A stretch of 27,179 nucleotides of DNA from Candidatus Thorarchaeota archaeon. Its GTDB lineage: Archaea; Asgardarchaeota; Thorarchaeia; Thorarchaeales; Thorarchaeaceae. Under the pieces are notes generated by a model. It had not been told where the DNA came from. It did no database searches and saw nothing but the letters and a program-made list of their open reading frames with translations. The position numbers and the translations under genes were made by a program. This document shows, piece by piece, positions 9,206 to 17,842 of this stretch. Location of the stretch: positions 1 to 27,179 of the forward strand of contig JAWAQK010000033.1 of NCBI GenBank assembly GCA_038893995.1, in the 5' to 3' direction. Each line of letters begins with the position of its first letter. The stretch's first letter is position 1.

Positions 9206-9973
9206 CTAGGCTTGGGTCGATTCGGACCAGAGGCTGTCAAAATACCGGGACGACATCTCTGCAAAGATAGGTGCAGAGGCGTATATTCCAAGAAACGAGT
9301 CGTCTCTATCACCTGAGAGCATTATCAGTGTATGCTGCCTATCAACGACAAGACCTGTACCGAAGACTCTGCTTCTGAGCCGGACTTCAAATCCGGGAGG
9401 CAGCACAGAAGGCAGGTCCTCTGTCACTGCCGACGTGAGTATTCGCACACTCGGAGTGCGTAGATTCAGAACTCTGTTCACTATGTCCGACATGTCAGAG
9501 GATGCCAGAGAACCCGTGTCAAGAGAGGGAATCGAGAGCATGACGGATACTCGAGCGTCATCCAGCATCTCAAATGCCTTTGCAAGTATTGCCGAGCGTC
9601 CGTGAAGCAGCCACACATCCCGTGTAGTCGCCTGGATGTCTCTCTCGAAACGGGGTTGAAGTTCGTCCACAATGGCCCGCGTATAAGAGCGGAGCCGAGT
9701 CTCCCACTCGAGCGATATCAGTTTCATGACCTCAGACGGTGCCTTGGGAATGTATCTCGTTGGTCGCCCACGGTTTATCTGAATGAAGCCCCGTTCTTCT
9801 AGTCGGCCCAAGACATCATAGATCCGGCTGAAAGGAACCCTGCTTACACTGCTCACCTCGGATGCGGACATTTCTCCCCCATCAACCAATGTCACGTATG
9901 CCTGGACCTCATACTCGGTGAGACCAAGCTCCCTGAATGCCTTCATGACAGCCTCGCTGATTCTGACGCTCAT
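9206..9973 (-). CDS. TrmB family transcriptional regulator
   Basis: LGLTEYEVQAYVTL...SRVPFSRIYDVLGRLEERGFI...GRPTRY, plus a C-terminal effector domain. Confidence 0.93.
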   Translation of the reverse strand: MSVRISEAVMKAFRELGLTEYEVQAYVTLVDGGEMSASEVSSVSRVPFSRIYDVLGRLEERGFIQINRGRPTRYIPKAPSEVMKLISLEWETRLRSYTRAIVDELQPRFERDIQATTRDVWLLHGRSAILAKAFEMLDDARVSVMLSIPSLDTGSLASSDMSDIVNRVLNLRTPSVRILTSAVTEDLPSVLPPGFEVRLRSRVFGTGLVVDRQHTLIMLSGDRDDSFLGIYASAPIFAEMSSRYFDSLWSESTQA

Positions 9974-9986
9974 CAGCTAGAGGAAC

Positions 9987-10571
9987 TCAGCACTTGGAAC
10001 ATAAGCCTTCTCGATACTTACGGTACCACGAGAGTAGTGCCCGGAAGGCACGCGTCCGATGCGATATTGCGATCTTTTCCTCAAATCCTAGCTGAGCAAG
10101 CGTGAGGTCATATCCTTCAGGAACGAAGATTGGATCATAACCGAAGCCTCCAGTGCCAGCCTCAACGTGAGATATCCTACCTAACAGCTCCCCGGTAAAC
10201 ACCATCGTTGTGCTCCCGTCATGATAGGCACACGCTGTCACGAACCTTGCAGACCTGTCGCGAGCATCTTGCATCAGTTTCAAGATTCCCTGACGGCCAA
10301 TAGTTTCCAGGACAAAGGAGGGATAGGCTCGTGGGAAACCCTTGAGTGCACTGATGTAGAGACCCGTGTCCTCGGTCACCAGTGGCCGGTGTATGATGCG
10401 GTAAGCACTCATGGCCGCGTGCAGTGCGACAGTCTCGACCGAGTCTGAACGCACCTCTTCCTTCTCGATTGCGGAAACCTCGAACCTGACATCATATTCC
10501 TCAAAGATGGGTGTCAGTTCCCGCACCTTGTTCTGATTCTTGGTAACGAGTACCACATCAGCCCCGGACAT
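9987..10571 (-). CDS. Non-canonical purine NTP pyrophosphatase (RdgB/HAM1, XTP/dITP diphosphatase)
   Basis: TKNQNKVRE, EDTGLYISALKGFP, GFGYDPIF, SHRTRAF. Confidence 0.95.
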   Translation of the reverse strand: MSGADVVLVTKNQNKVRELTPIFEEYDVRFEVSAIEKEEVRSDSVETVALHAAMSAYRIIHRPLVTEDTGLYISALKGFPRAYPSFVLETIGRQGILKLMQDARDRSARFVTACAYHDGSTTMVFTGELLGRISHVEAGTGGFGYDPIFVPEGYDLTLAQLGFEEKIAISHRTRAFRALLSWYRKYREGLCSKC

Positions 10572-11682
10572 ATGACAATACATCCTTTAGAACCTTGTAT
10601 GAAGTTCTGGTCTTGTTGAGATCGAACATACCGGTCACATTCCAGATTATCATGTGATCGAGACCCGCCTGACAGTACTCCTCCAACTCCTTGATGACCG
10701 AGTCAGCATCGCCACAGGAATAGAACGCTCTCAAGACTTCCGGAGGAACTGAATTGATGGCATTGAGCATTGTTTCACGATCATACCTCATGGGAACGTA
10801 GTCTGTGAGTGAATAGAATCTATCGCCGAGTGGATGACGAAAACCAAGACGCGTCCATTCGGATGCTGGTAGCAATAGAGATAGAGCACGAGCAAGCGGG
10901 GTCATTGCCAGCCTATCGCACTCGGCAGGGTCCTCGTCGAGAATGTGCCACCTCCATAGGGCTGCAGTGAATGGCCCAGTACGTTCGTACTGTTTGCGGA
11001 GAGAGCGAATTGAGCCCAACAATCGGCTGTAGGTCCTCGGATCCAAGAGCGTCGGGATCCAACCATCGCCAAACTCAGCTGCAAGTCTAATCATCTTCGG
11101 ACCATGGGCGGCTATCCATATTGGAGGAGGTTTGTCCGGACGCGCAGGTCGAAGAGACATGACAGCGTTTCTCAGAGTGAAGTACTTTCCCTCGAAGCTG
11201 AATGGGTCCTTCACCTTCCAGATGGTCCGGATGATCTCCAACGCTTCCCTCAGCCGTTCGACTGGTGAAGTGTAGTTTAGCCCGTAGGGCTCAGTATTCT
11301 CGATCTCTCCGGCACCAATGCCCATGACCACCCGGCCGTTGCTGATATGGTCAAGTGTCAGAAAGGTTTGAGCTAGCAGGACTGGATGCCTTCTGATAGG
11401 TTCTGTGACTGCCGAGATCAGCCTCACCCTCTCTGTCACAGCAGCACAGGCGGCCATGACCGTACTCATCTCATAGAACGTATGAGGGGACTCTTGGAAG
11501 AGACACAGTGGGGTAATATCGGGAGTCCACAGTGACTGGGGAATGAACCCTGCAAAGTGATCGGGAAATGCCATGCTGTCGTATCCCAGTGAGTCAATCA
11601 GCCTGGCGCTCTTGAGGGCATTCTCCCATGGAGGTAGAAAAGGACCTGGCACACCAATGGCCAGATCATGTATGTCGCTCAT
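10558..11682 (-). CDS. LLM class (probably F420-dependent) oxidoreductase
   Basis: GYDSMAFPDH, RRHPVLLAQTFLTLDHISNGR..GIGAGE..N, PPIWIAAHGPKM..LAAEFGDGW. ATG 11682 forms an ATGA overlap with the upstream gene. Confidence 0.9.
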   Translation of the reverse strand: MSDIHDLAIGVPGPFLPPWENALKSARLIDSLGYDSMAFPDHFAGFIPQSLWTPDITPLCLFQESPHTFYEMSTVMAACAAVTERVRLISAVTEPIRRHPVLLAQTFLTLDHISNGRVVMGIGAGEIENTEPYGLNYTSPVERLREALEIIRTIWKVKDPFSFEGKYFTLRNAVMSLRPARPDKPPPIWIAAHGPKMIRLAAEFGDGWIPTLLDPRTYSRLLGSIRSLRKQYERTGPFTAALWRWHILDEDPAECDRLAMTPLARALSLLLPASEWTRLGFRHPLGDRFYSLTDYVPMRYDRETMLNAINSVPPEVLRAFYSCGDADSVIKELEEYCQAGLDHMIIWNVTGMFDLNKTRTSYKVLKDVLSYVRG

Positions 11683-12863
11683 GTTTGCCACGTCCTCGCG
11701 AACCGGATGAGGCTTCGCTTCACGTTCTCAAAGTCAGCAAGTCGCATGAACTCATCGACGCCGTGAATATTGGTGTCCTCGGCGAGTGTACCGTAGCAGG
11801 CTGTCGGTATGCCCACCGCCGTGAAATAGTGACCATCATTTCCTCCAAGGTCCGCCGCGAGCGTGATAGATGGTGACACCTCGCTTTGCACGGCGCGGAG
11901 AAAAGCCTTCACGAACGGATTGGATGGGTCAGAGTTCCAGCCTCGGGCCTTCGTAGTGAACCTTAGGTCTGCATCGACACATGTCTCCTCCTTCGCTCTC
12001 TCGAAGAATGTGGAGAACTCGGCTGCAACAACCTCGGGGTCCTCCTCCGGAATCAGCCTGCAGTCGAACGATATCTCCGCCTTTCCGGGGATGACATTGG
12101 TCCTACTACCCGCATGATACATCGTCAACGAGAAACGACCCCAGATGTTCTTGTTTGGTGAGAATGGGGGTGCAGGTAATCGTGAAACTACATTATTCCG
12201 AATGTCTACATAGTCCAAGAGCACGTTCAAGAGCGGCACAGATAGGTGTATCGCGTTGTTGAATCGATACGGATATCCTGCATGTCCCTGTGTCCCGTGG
12301 ACTGTTATCACTCCGGCGAGTACACCGCTTGAGCCTATGCTGACGTATGCTGGTGATGAGTCAACCACTATGCAGAAGTCGCCTCTCACTCTTGGAGGAC
12401 CATTGACAAGATAGTCAATTCCCCAAACCCCTCCGGCCTCCTCATTGGGAGAGATAAGGATCACGTAGTTGACTCGAGAAGTCTTGTCTTGAGCCAGCTC
12501 CCTCGCTGCGCTGACACAGGCGACTATGTTGCCCTTGTCGTCATTGACACCCCGTCCGTATGCCCGATCTCCCTCTATCGTCAGAGCAAACGGAGGACGA
12601 GTCCATGAGGGCAGGTCACCCGCTGGAACTACGTCATAGTGGCTGCACAACAAGACATCAGTGCTGGAGCCAGCATCCATCCTCGCAACGATGTTTGGTT
12701 GGGGTATGCCATCATGATTCGAGTCGTAGATCTCGACGCCAAGACCGGCCTCCTCACAGTATCTCCGGATCACATCTGTGCATTGTGAATAGTTGCGTTT
12801 CTCATCACAGTTGGTGTCAAGTTCTACAATCTCTCGAAGAAAACTGGTTTCCCACTTGTTCAT
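11679..12863 (-). CDS. M20 family metallopeptidase/deacylase (ArgE/DapE-like)
   Basis: SHYDVVPAG, YGRGVNDDKG, NEEAGG, GHAG, NVIPG, HGVDE. Confidence 0.92.
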   Translation of the reverse strand: MNKWETSFLREIVELDTNCDEKRNYSQCTDVIRRYCEEAGLGVEIYDSNHDGIPQPNIVARMDAGSSTDVLLCSHYDVVPAGDLPSWTRPPFALTIEGDRAYGRGVNDDKGNIVACVSAARELAQDKTSRVNYVILISPNEEAGGVWGIDYLVNGPPRVRGDFCIVVDSSPAYVSIGSSGVLAGVITVHGTQGHAGYPYRFNNAIHLSVPLLNVLLDYVDIRNNVVSRLPAPPFSPNKNIWGRFSLTMYHAGSRTNVIPGKAEISFDCRLIPEEDPEVVAAEFSTFFERAKEETCVDADLRFTTKARGWNSDPSNPFVKAFLRAVQSEVSPSITLAADLGGNDGHYFTAVGIPTACYGTLAEDTNIHGVDEFMRLADFENVKRSLIRFARTWQT

Positions 12864-13067
12864 CTACGACCAAATGTAGTCATGACTGTGCTCTCTCATT
12901 AGTGTTGTGAAATCGGGCGCACAGGGATGTACGGAACATCATCTCATGGGCAGGATCAATCTCCCCGTCCCGGTAGGCCTAGCGGTGATGCGAGCCATGT
13001 TTGGCTCGGACCCGAAAATGGGACATTCACTGGTTCACTGGAACGGAGATGCATATGCACTCAGTTA

Positions 13068-13077
13068 CATTAATAGC
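13068..13077 (+). promoter_or_regulatory. TATA-like box of the gelsolin gene (probably leaderless transcript)
   Basis: TTAATA at 13070-13075, about 25 nt before ATG 13100. Confidence 0.4.
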
Positions 13078-13099
13078 AAGCGGAGCAACACTTGGTAGT

Positions 13100-13690
13100 A
13101 TGGTCGAAGTGTACCATATCCAGAAGGGAAAGCTGGTCAGAGTCCCAAACCCTGGAAGGTTTGGAAGAGGTGATTGCTATCTTGTGGATGCGGGACCCAA
13201 GATCTACCTGTGGATAGGGCCCAAATCGACGCCTGACGAGAAGTTCCTCGCAGCCGCAGAGGCCGTGTTCCGTGATGTCAAGAGGATGGGCGAGGCGCGC
13301 ATCGAACACGTCGAGGGTGAGAAGGAACCAGCTGAGTTTAGGAAGCTCTTTCAGAAGATCGAGATCACCGATGAGGATACAGAGAGCATCCTCAAGAAGG
13401 TTCAACTTCAGAAACATGAATACAAGCTCTGGAGGCTGAGCAGGGATGCTGGAGACTCATACTACGTGGAGGTCCCCATAAAGAGGAGCTCCCTTGACAG
13501 CGAGGACGTATTTGTACTCGACACATGGGACAAGATCTACGTGTGGAGAGGAAAGAGGAGCTCGGCAAGAGAACGGTTTGACGCCACCCTTATCGCAAGG
13601 AGCTATGATGCCGAGAGGGTTGGGGTGCAGAAGATCGTGATCGTTGACGAGGGACAGGAACCTCCTGACTTCTTCAAGGCCCTCGAATAG
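13100..13690 (+). CDS. Two-domain gelsolin-like actin-binding protein (Asgard 2DGel type)
   Basis: Two gelsolin repeats (GRFGRGDCYLVD..KIYLWIG.KS..DEK...EPAEF; SSLDSEDVFVLDT.DKIYVWRG..SS..ER...DEGQEPPDFF) joined by an LKKV linker. ATG 13100 preferred over TTG 13001. Confidence 0.9.
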   Translation: MVEVYHIQKGKLVRVPNPGRFGRGDCYLVDAGPKIYLWIGPKSTPDEKFLAAAEAVFRDVKRMGEARIEHVEGEKEPAEFRKLFQKIEITDEDTESILKKVQLQKHEYKLWRLSRDAGDSYYVEVPIKRSSLDSEDVFVLDTWDKIYVWRGKRSSARERFDATLIARSYDAERVGVQKIVIVDEGQEPPDFFKALE

Positions 13691-13707
13691 CTCGAAGGGC
13701 CATTCAC

Positions 13708-15147
13708 CTAGACAAGACGAAAGTGACCAGGCCGAGGTTCGTACAAGACCCCAGCCTCCTTCATCTTGGAGAGCTCTGCTGCGACCTGGTGAACATCCAT
13801 ACCTGCTTCGACAGCGATCTCGTCAAGAGTCGGTCCCAATGCTGTGGTTGTCCCAGAGTCAAGCCGGCTGAGCACCTTTAGTAACTTGGTGCTGAACTTC
13901 TCAATACGAGCTTCTTCACCCCACCTGTCCGCCGCATCAGCCTTGACCTGTACCAGCTCTATATATGACCTCAGCGCCGGCTCAAGCACTCTGTCCCAGG
14001 AGCCCCGAACATCATTGACTACAATCCGTTCCTTCCACTGTGACCTGGCTGTCGATCTCGCGACACGAATTGCACTCAAGGAACGCCCGTCCTGATCAGC
14101 ATCAAGCAGACCCCCTCTACACATTACTGTGTCAGGGAGGCCATAGATCTCCTTGATGTGCTCAATCCGTCGGAGCACGTGTTTGACACTTGCAACTATG
14201 GTCTGTTCAGAAACCTGCGGTGAGAGAAGCTGGTAAGTGATAATTGACTTTGTAATGGGGAGTCTGAGGGTCCCCCAGTCGCGCGGCTCAATCCAGAAGT
14301 CGTCCGATGTCAGTACCAGAGGTATGTCGGGCAGCGTGGACGTATTCGGATCTGTCAACGTGCTCAGTGAAACTTCTCTGAATCCAGACATGTCCCTCCT
14401 TTCAACACAGAGCTTCCGCAGATGAGCGGGACTGTATGTTCCCACTTCAAGTCGCCACAACCTGGGGATGTCCACCTGAATACCACTGATGTCAATGGAG
14501 CGACTCCGCCTGTTTCGGAAACTTGGTGGTACTATTCCTCTCATGAATGACAGTAGCTGTCGGATATGTCTTTGTGACGCTTGCGCCTGGACCCCACAGG
14601 TGAGCCCTCCGACCGAATCAGCATATGGAGGGCTAGATATGAAGAGCCGAGTGAAGACCGCCTTGCTTGACTCCTCCAGACCTACATGTTCGAACAGCAG
14701 TTCAGACAGCTCCGAGAGCTGCATGGGCCGGGGAATGATTCTCGTCACATCGAGAGGCTGACTCTTGACACTCTCAGCCATGAATGCCTCAACACTAGTT
14801 CCATTGCGTTCGATAAGGTGTGGAACGGCCAGCCGTCGACCAATGACCTCTACGAACGATCCGTCCGGTGGAGCGTCCTCATCTGGATCCAGACAGATGG
14901 GCGTGCCACTTGCAAGCCAGGGACTGGGCGATACGAAGAATAGCGATCTGTACCTAGTGTGGCGCACAAAGCCACGGAACCTGTATAGCTGTCCTCCAAT
15001 GCGTTTTCTGAAGTCACTCACGAAGGTACGTTCCCACTCAGCAAGCTCTGAACCGCTCTCCCTCTCAAACACGTCTCGTTTACCCTCGACCTGTTCGAGA
15101 GGGTCGCGCTTTTCTGTGCCTGGAATGTCAGGACCCCGTGTTTCCAT
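13708..15147 (-). CDS. Degenerate MCM-like protein (OB-like N-terminus, eroded AAA+ core, AAA lid, C-terminal winged helix)
   Basis: HVGLEESSKAVFTRLF...RQLLSFMRGIVP parallels MCM IYGxExxKxAIxLxLF...GDPGTAKSQLLxYxxxxAP but has no P-loop. GRSLSAIRVARSTAR...IVVNDV is a lid-like helix pair. KEAGVLYEPRPGHFRLV matches the archaeal MCM winged-helix end. Start is ATG 15147 or GTG 15201. Confidence 0.6.
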   Translation of the reverse strand: METRGPDIPGTEKRDPLEQVEGKRDVFERESGSELAEWERTFVSDFRKRIGGQLYRFRGFVRHTRYRSLFFVSPSPWLASGTPICLDPDEDAPPDGSFVEVIGRRLAVPHLIERNGTSVEAFMAESVKSQPLDVTRIIPRPMQLSELSELLFEHVGLEESSKAVFTRLFISSPPYADSVGGLTCGVQAQASQRHIRQLLSFMRGIVPPSFRNRRSRSIDISGIQVDIPRLWRLEVGTYSPAHLRKLCVERRDMSGFREVSLSTLTDPNTSTLPDIPLVLTSDDFWIEPRDWGTLRLPITKSIITYQLLSPQVSEQTIVASVKHVLRRIEHIKEIYGLPDTVMCRGGLLDADQDGRSLSAIRVARSTARSQWKERIVVNDVRGSWDRVLEPALRSYIELVQVKADAADRWGEEARIEKFSTKLLKVLSRLDSGTTTALGPTLDEIAVEAGMDVHQVAAELSKMKEAGVLYEPRPGHFRLV

Positions 15148-15495
15148 AGTCAGTCCCCACCTGTGTTCGGGGCGCTCCGTTTGAGAAACGTTTCCTGCCA
15201 CTACCTACTGAGAGCCTCTGTGCGTCCAGCTCTTGAGCTGAGGAGCGGTGAACTGGAACCGAAGCACAATCAGGTCGGTGTAGGCCATGTCAGCATATGA
15301 GTTTTGAGCCTAGGATGTAGAAGCGAAGACCCTGTCTTGCGTTGGTTGAGGCACAGGCTCTCTCTCATCGTGGATATGAGAGTGCATGCGGGGGATTCTG
15401 GCATGTAGCAGGACTCCTTAGAATCAATGAATCCTCCAACGGAGACATGGCGCTTGGGGAGAATCAAGAACACTGGGTTAAGAGAACTGGAATGT

Positions 15496-15525
15496 GAGGA
15501 GGAGGAGTCGCTCCCCCACCTCCTC
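15496..15525 (-). terminator. GC-rich stem-loop directly downstream of the actin stop
   Basis: GAGGAGG-AGGAG-TCG-CTCC-CCCA-CCTCCTC inverted repeat, followed on the minus strand by a pyrimidine-rich tract. Confidence 0.5.
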
Positions 15526-15541
15526 GACTGGACTAGGACGT

Positions 15542-16681
15542 CTAGATACAGCGGTGAATCACTTCTGGTCCTGCCTCTTCAAACTCCTTCTTCGAGACCC
15601 ACATCTTCTGGAAGGTCTTGAGCGAGGCAAGTATGGACCCACCAATCCAGACGGAATACTGTCGCTCGGGCGGAGCAATTATGCGCACCTCGATATTCTC
15701 GGGAACCAGCTCGCTTATCTCCTTGTGGAGCCGCTCCTTCAGGCCCGGGAACATTGTCGAACCGCCGGACAGCACTATGTTGGCGTACAGATCACGTCGC
15801 AGGTCCACGTCACAGGCCTTGATAGACTCGACAATGTGTTCGTCCAGAGGTACAGTGTCAAGCCCGATAGCACTCGGGTTGAAGAACAACTCTGGTGCCT
15901 GGAAACGTTCTGCGCCAATCGTGATCACCTCACCATCGGGCAACATGTAGGGCTTGTCAACACCAGCCTTGTCGGCGACCGTCCGCTCACGCTCCGGATC
16001 AAGAGCAACGTAGCAAAGCTTCTCCTTTATGTCACGGACAATCTCCTTCTCCGCTCCGCTGACGAAGGAATAGCCTCTCTGTCTCAGCAGCCGACGCAAG
16101 TATTCGGTTATGTCTCGCCCAGCCAAATCAATTCGACGAATTGCATGGTTGATTGAGAAACCCTCGTAGATCGGGACAATGTGTGTGACACCATCACCAG
16201 AGTCGATAACCAGACCGGTCGTGCGTCCTGAAGCATATAGTGAGAGGACGGCCTGTGTTGCAACGTAAACTGCGGGAACACCGAAGTTGTCAAACATCAC
16301 AGACGCCATGCGTTCTCTGTTCTCACGGGGGTTGAAAGGTGCTTCAGTCAGCAGGACAGGGTTCTCGCTGGGATCTACCTTGAGGTCGTTGTAGAACGTG
16401 TAAGACCATATCTTCTCAATTGCATCCCAGTCATCAATCACACCATGGGTGATTGGATACACGAGACGGAGAACACCCCTGAGGTTTATGGCCTCTTCAC
16501 CAATGTAGTAGTCCCTGGTGTAGTGATCCACGTCCGTCATGATGTGCTCGTATCTCGGATATCCAATCAGTGTAGGCCAGACACTGCGAGGCTGATCCTC
16601 ACCAGCGTAGCCGTTCTTCGACAGGCCAGTACCGTTATCAATGACGATAGGTTTGCTGCCTAGAAACATGTCTTCAGCCAT
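15542..16681 (-). CDS. Actin (Asgard/Lokiactin-like, eukaryote-type)
   Basis: [123 protein letters not shown] upstream. Confidence 0.98.
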   Translation of the reverse strand: MAEDMFLGSKPIVIDNGTGLSKNGYAGEDQPRSVWPTLIGYPRYEHIMTDVDHYTRDYYIGEEAINLRGVLRLVYPITHGVIDDWDAIEKIWSYTFYNDLKVDPSENPVLLTEAPFNPRENRERMASVMFDNFGVPAVYVATQAVLSLYASGRTTGLVIDSGDGVTHIVPIYEGFSINHAIRRIDLAGRDITEYLRRLLRQRGYSFVSGAEKEIVRDIKEKLCYVALDPERERTVADKAGVDKPYMLPDGEVITIGAERFQAPELFFNPSAIGLDTVPLDEHIVESIKACDVDLRRDLYANIVLSGGSTMFPGLKERLHKEISELVPENIEVRIIAPPERQYSVWIGGSILASLKTFQKMWVSKKEFEEAGPEVIHRCI

Positions 16682-16810
16682 CTTGGTTCGCTCCTCTTTC
16701 TCTTTGTCATGCGGGTATGTGGAAACGGGTCATTTCATGTCAGGAGTACTGACAGCACGATCACCGAGTCCAACCAGCCACCATCGGTGAGTATGTACGG
16801 CATGTGATAC

Positions 16811-16828
16811 TATTTAAGGGTTGTTTGA
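16811..16828 (-). promoter_or_regulatory. Probable actin promoter (BRE + TATA)
   Basis: Minus strand TCAAACAAC-CCTTAAATA; would give a leader of about 100 nt containing the SD. Confidence 0.5.
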
Positions 16829-16837
16829 ATAGGCGTT

Positions 16838-16862
16838 ATATATACATTACATATGTATATAT
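16838..16862. repeat. Perfect 10-bp AT-rich inverted repeat with a 5-nt spacer (candidate operator)
   Basis: ATATATACAT-tacat-ATGTATATAT, with nested palindrome TACATATGTA (16848-16857). Confidence 0.6.
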
Positions 16863-17005
16863 TATATAGCGATATTTGCCCGGCTGAACCCGGTGAAGCC
16901 AATCTTTGGGGAGTGAGTGGTCGTGACTCGACAGAAGGCGTCTTTGGTATGACCTGGGTATTATCAGGGTAATACAGTTCTGACGACGAACGACCTAAGA
17001 AATGT

Positions 17006-17018
17006 CAAAGATATATAA
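17006..17018 (+). promoter_or_regulatory. BRE/TATA of the wHTH-CARF-like gene
   Basis: CAAAG-ATATATAA about 30 nt before ATG 17048. Confidence 0.55.
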
Positions 17019-17047
17019 GAGAATTATATTCAATATATTCGAGACCT

Positions 17048-17842
17048 ATGCACCGTAACATCGACGAACTCGTCCGCAAGGAGATAGAGAGTGTAAGGGC
17101 TAGGAAGATCATTCTCGAGGAGCTTGAGAAAGGATCAAGGAATGGGAATGAGCTCAGAAAGAGAATACAGGAGGATATGATTGAGCAGGCGAGGGAAAAG
17201 GACCCAGGGAAGACGATCGATCCAGACGAGTACGTAGTCACGGACCCGAAGCTCTACTTCAACACAAGACATCTCGAGTCGATGGGCCTCATAGTCAGTC
17301 ATAAGGAGTCCCAGCAGAGAGTATTCATGCTACATCCGAAGTCAGTCCACGCAGTCCGTCGCGTCCTTGGCGTCACAAGACCCACAGTCATATTTACGTC
17401 CATGACCCGACCCGATGACATAAGGCCGTTAATGCACTGGTTCACTGCAGAGGCAGAATCACACTTCAAGAGCCTGAGACTAATAGTGGAGAAGGAGCGA
17501 TTCTCGAAGGGCGTGACAAAGGATCTAGAGAGATTCGTGGCAGAGGGTAGCACCAAACGATGGTCGAGTCATTGGGACGAACTGCCAGAGCATGTAGTAG
17601 GATATTATGACGGGGGTACACAGGGAGACCTGATGGCGACATACGCGCACATTGAGAGGATGCTTATGGAGGAGATACCTGAGAGGAGCGTAGTGTTCGA
17701 TCTCTCTACAGCACCACCCGTGATAGCGATCGCGTTCTGTCTGCTATCAAACGATTACGCAATTCCAGCCATCTACATCAGGCGCAGAGTCGGTCCCAAG
17801 ACAGGGATCACGCACTACATTCCAGGAGCTGGTCTGATCTGA
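17048..17842 (+). CDS. Winged-helix regulator with a C-terminal CARF-like Rossmann domain
   Basis: N-terminal PadR/ArsR-like wHTH (IILEELEKGSRNGNELRKRI...KLYFNTRHLESMGLI...RVFML). C-terminal TVIFTS...DLMATYAHIERML...VVFDLSTAPPVIAIAFCLLS...PAIYI resembles the CARF DxTGG helix-strand pattern. Confidence 0.55.
   Translation: MHRNIDELVRKEIESVRARKIILEELEKGSRNGNELRKRIQEDMIEQAREKDPGKTIDPDEYVVTDPKLYFNTRHLESMGLIVSHKESQQRVFMLHPKSVHAVRRVLGVTRPTVIFTSMTRPDDIRPLMHWFTAEAESHFKSLRLIVEKERFSKGVTKDLERFVAEGSTKRWSSHWDELPEHVVGYYDGGTQGDLMATYAHIERMLMEEIPERSVVFDLSTAPPVIAIAFCLLSNDYAIPAIYIRRRVGPKTGITHYIPGAGLI

Noticed and set aside
13001-13099. 33-aa N-terminal extension of gelsolin in the ORF track
   Set aside because: The gelsolin fold begins at ATG 13100, and a TATA-like box lies inside the supposed extension.
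15494-16156. 220-aa plus-strand ORF
   Set aside because: Antisense shadow of the actin gene, with no independent motifs.
16700-16880. Replication origin (AT-rich tract plus a GTGGAAACGGG ORB-like word near an MCM-like gene)
   Set aside because: Only one partial ORB-like match, no repeated ORBs and no orc1/cdc6 nearby; divergent promoters explain the AT-richness.
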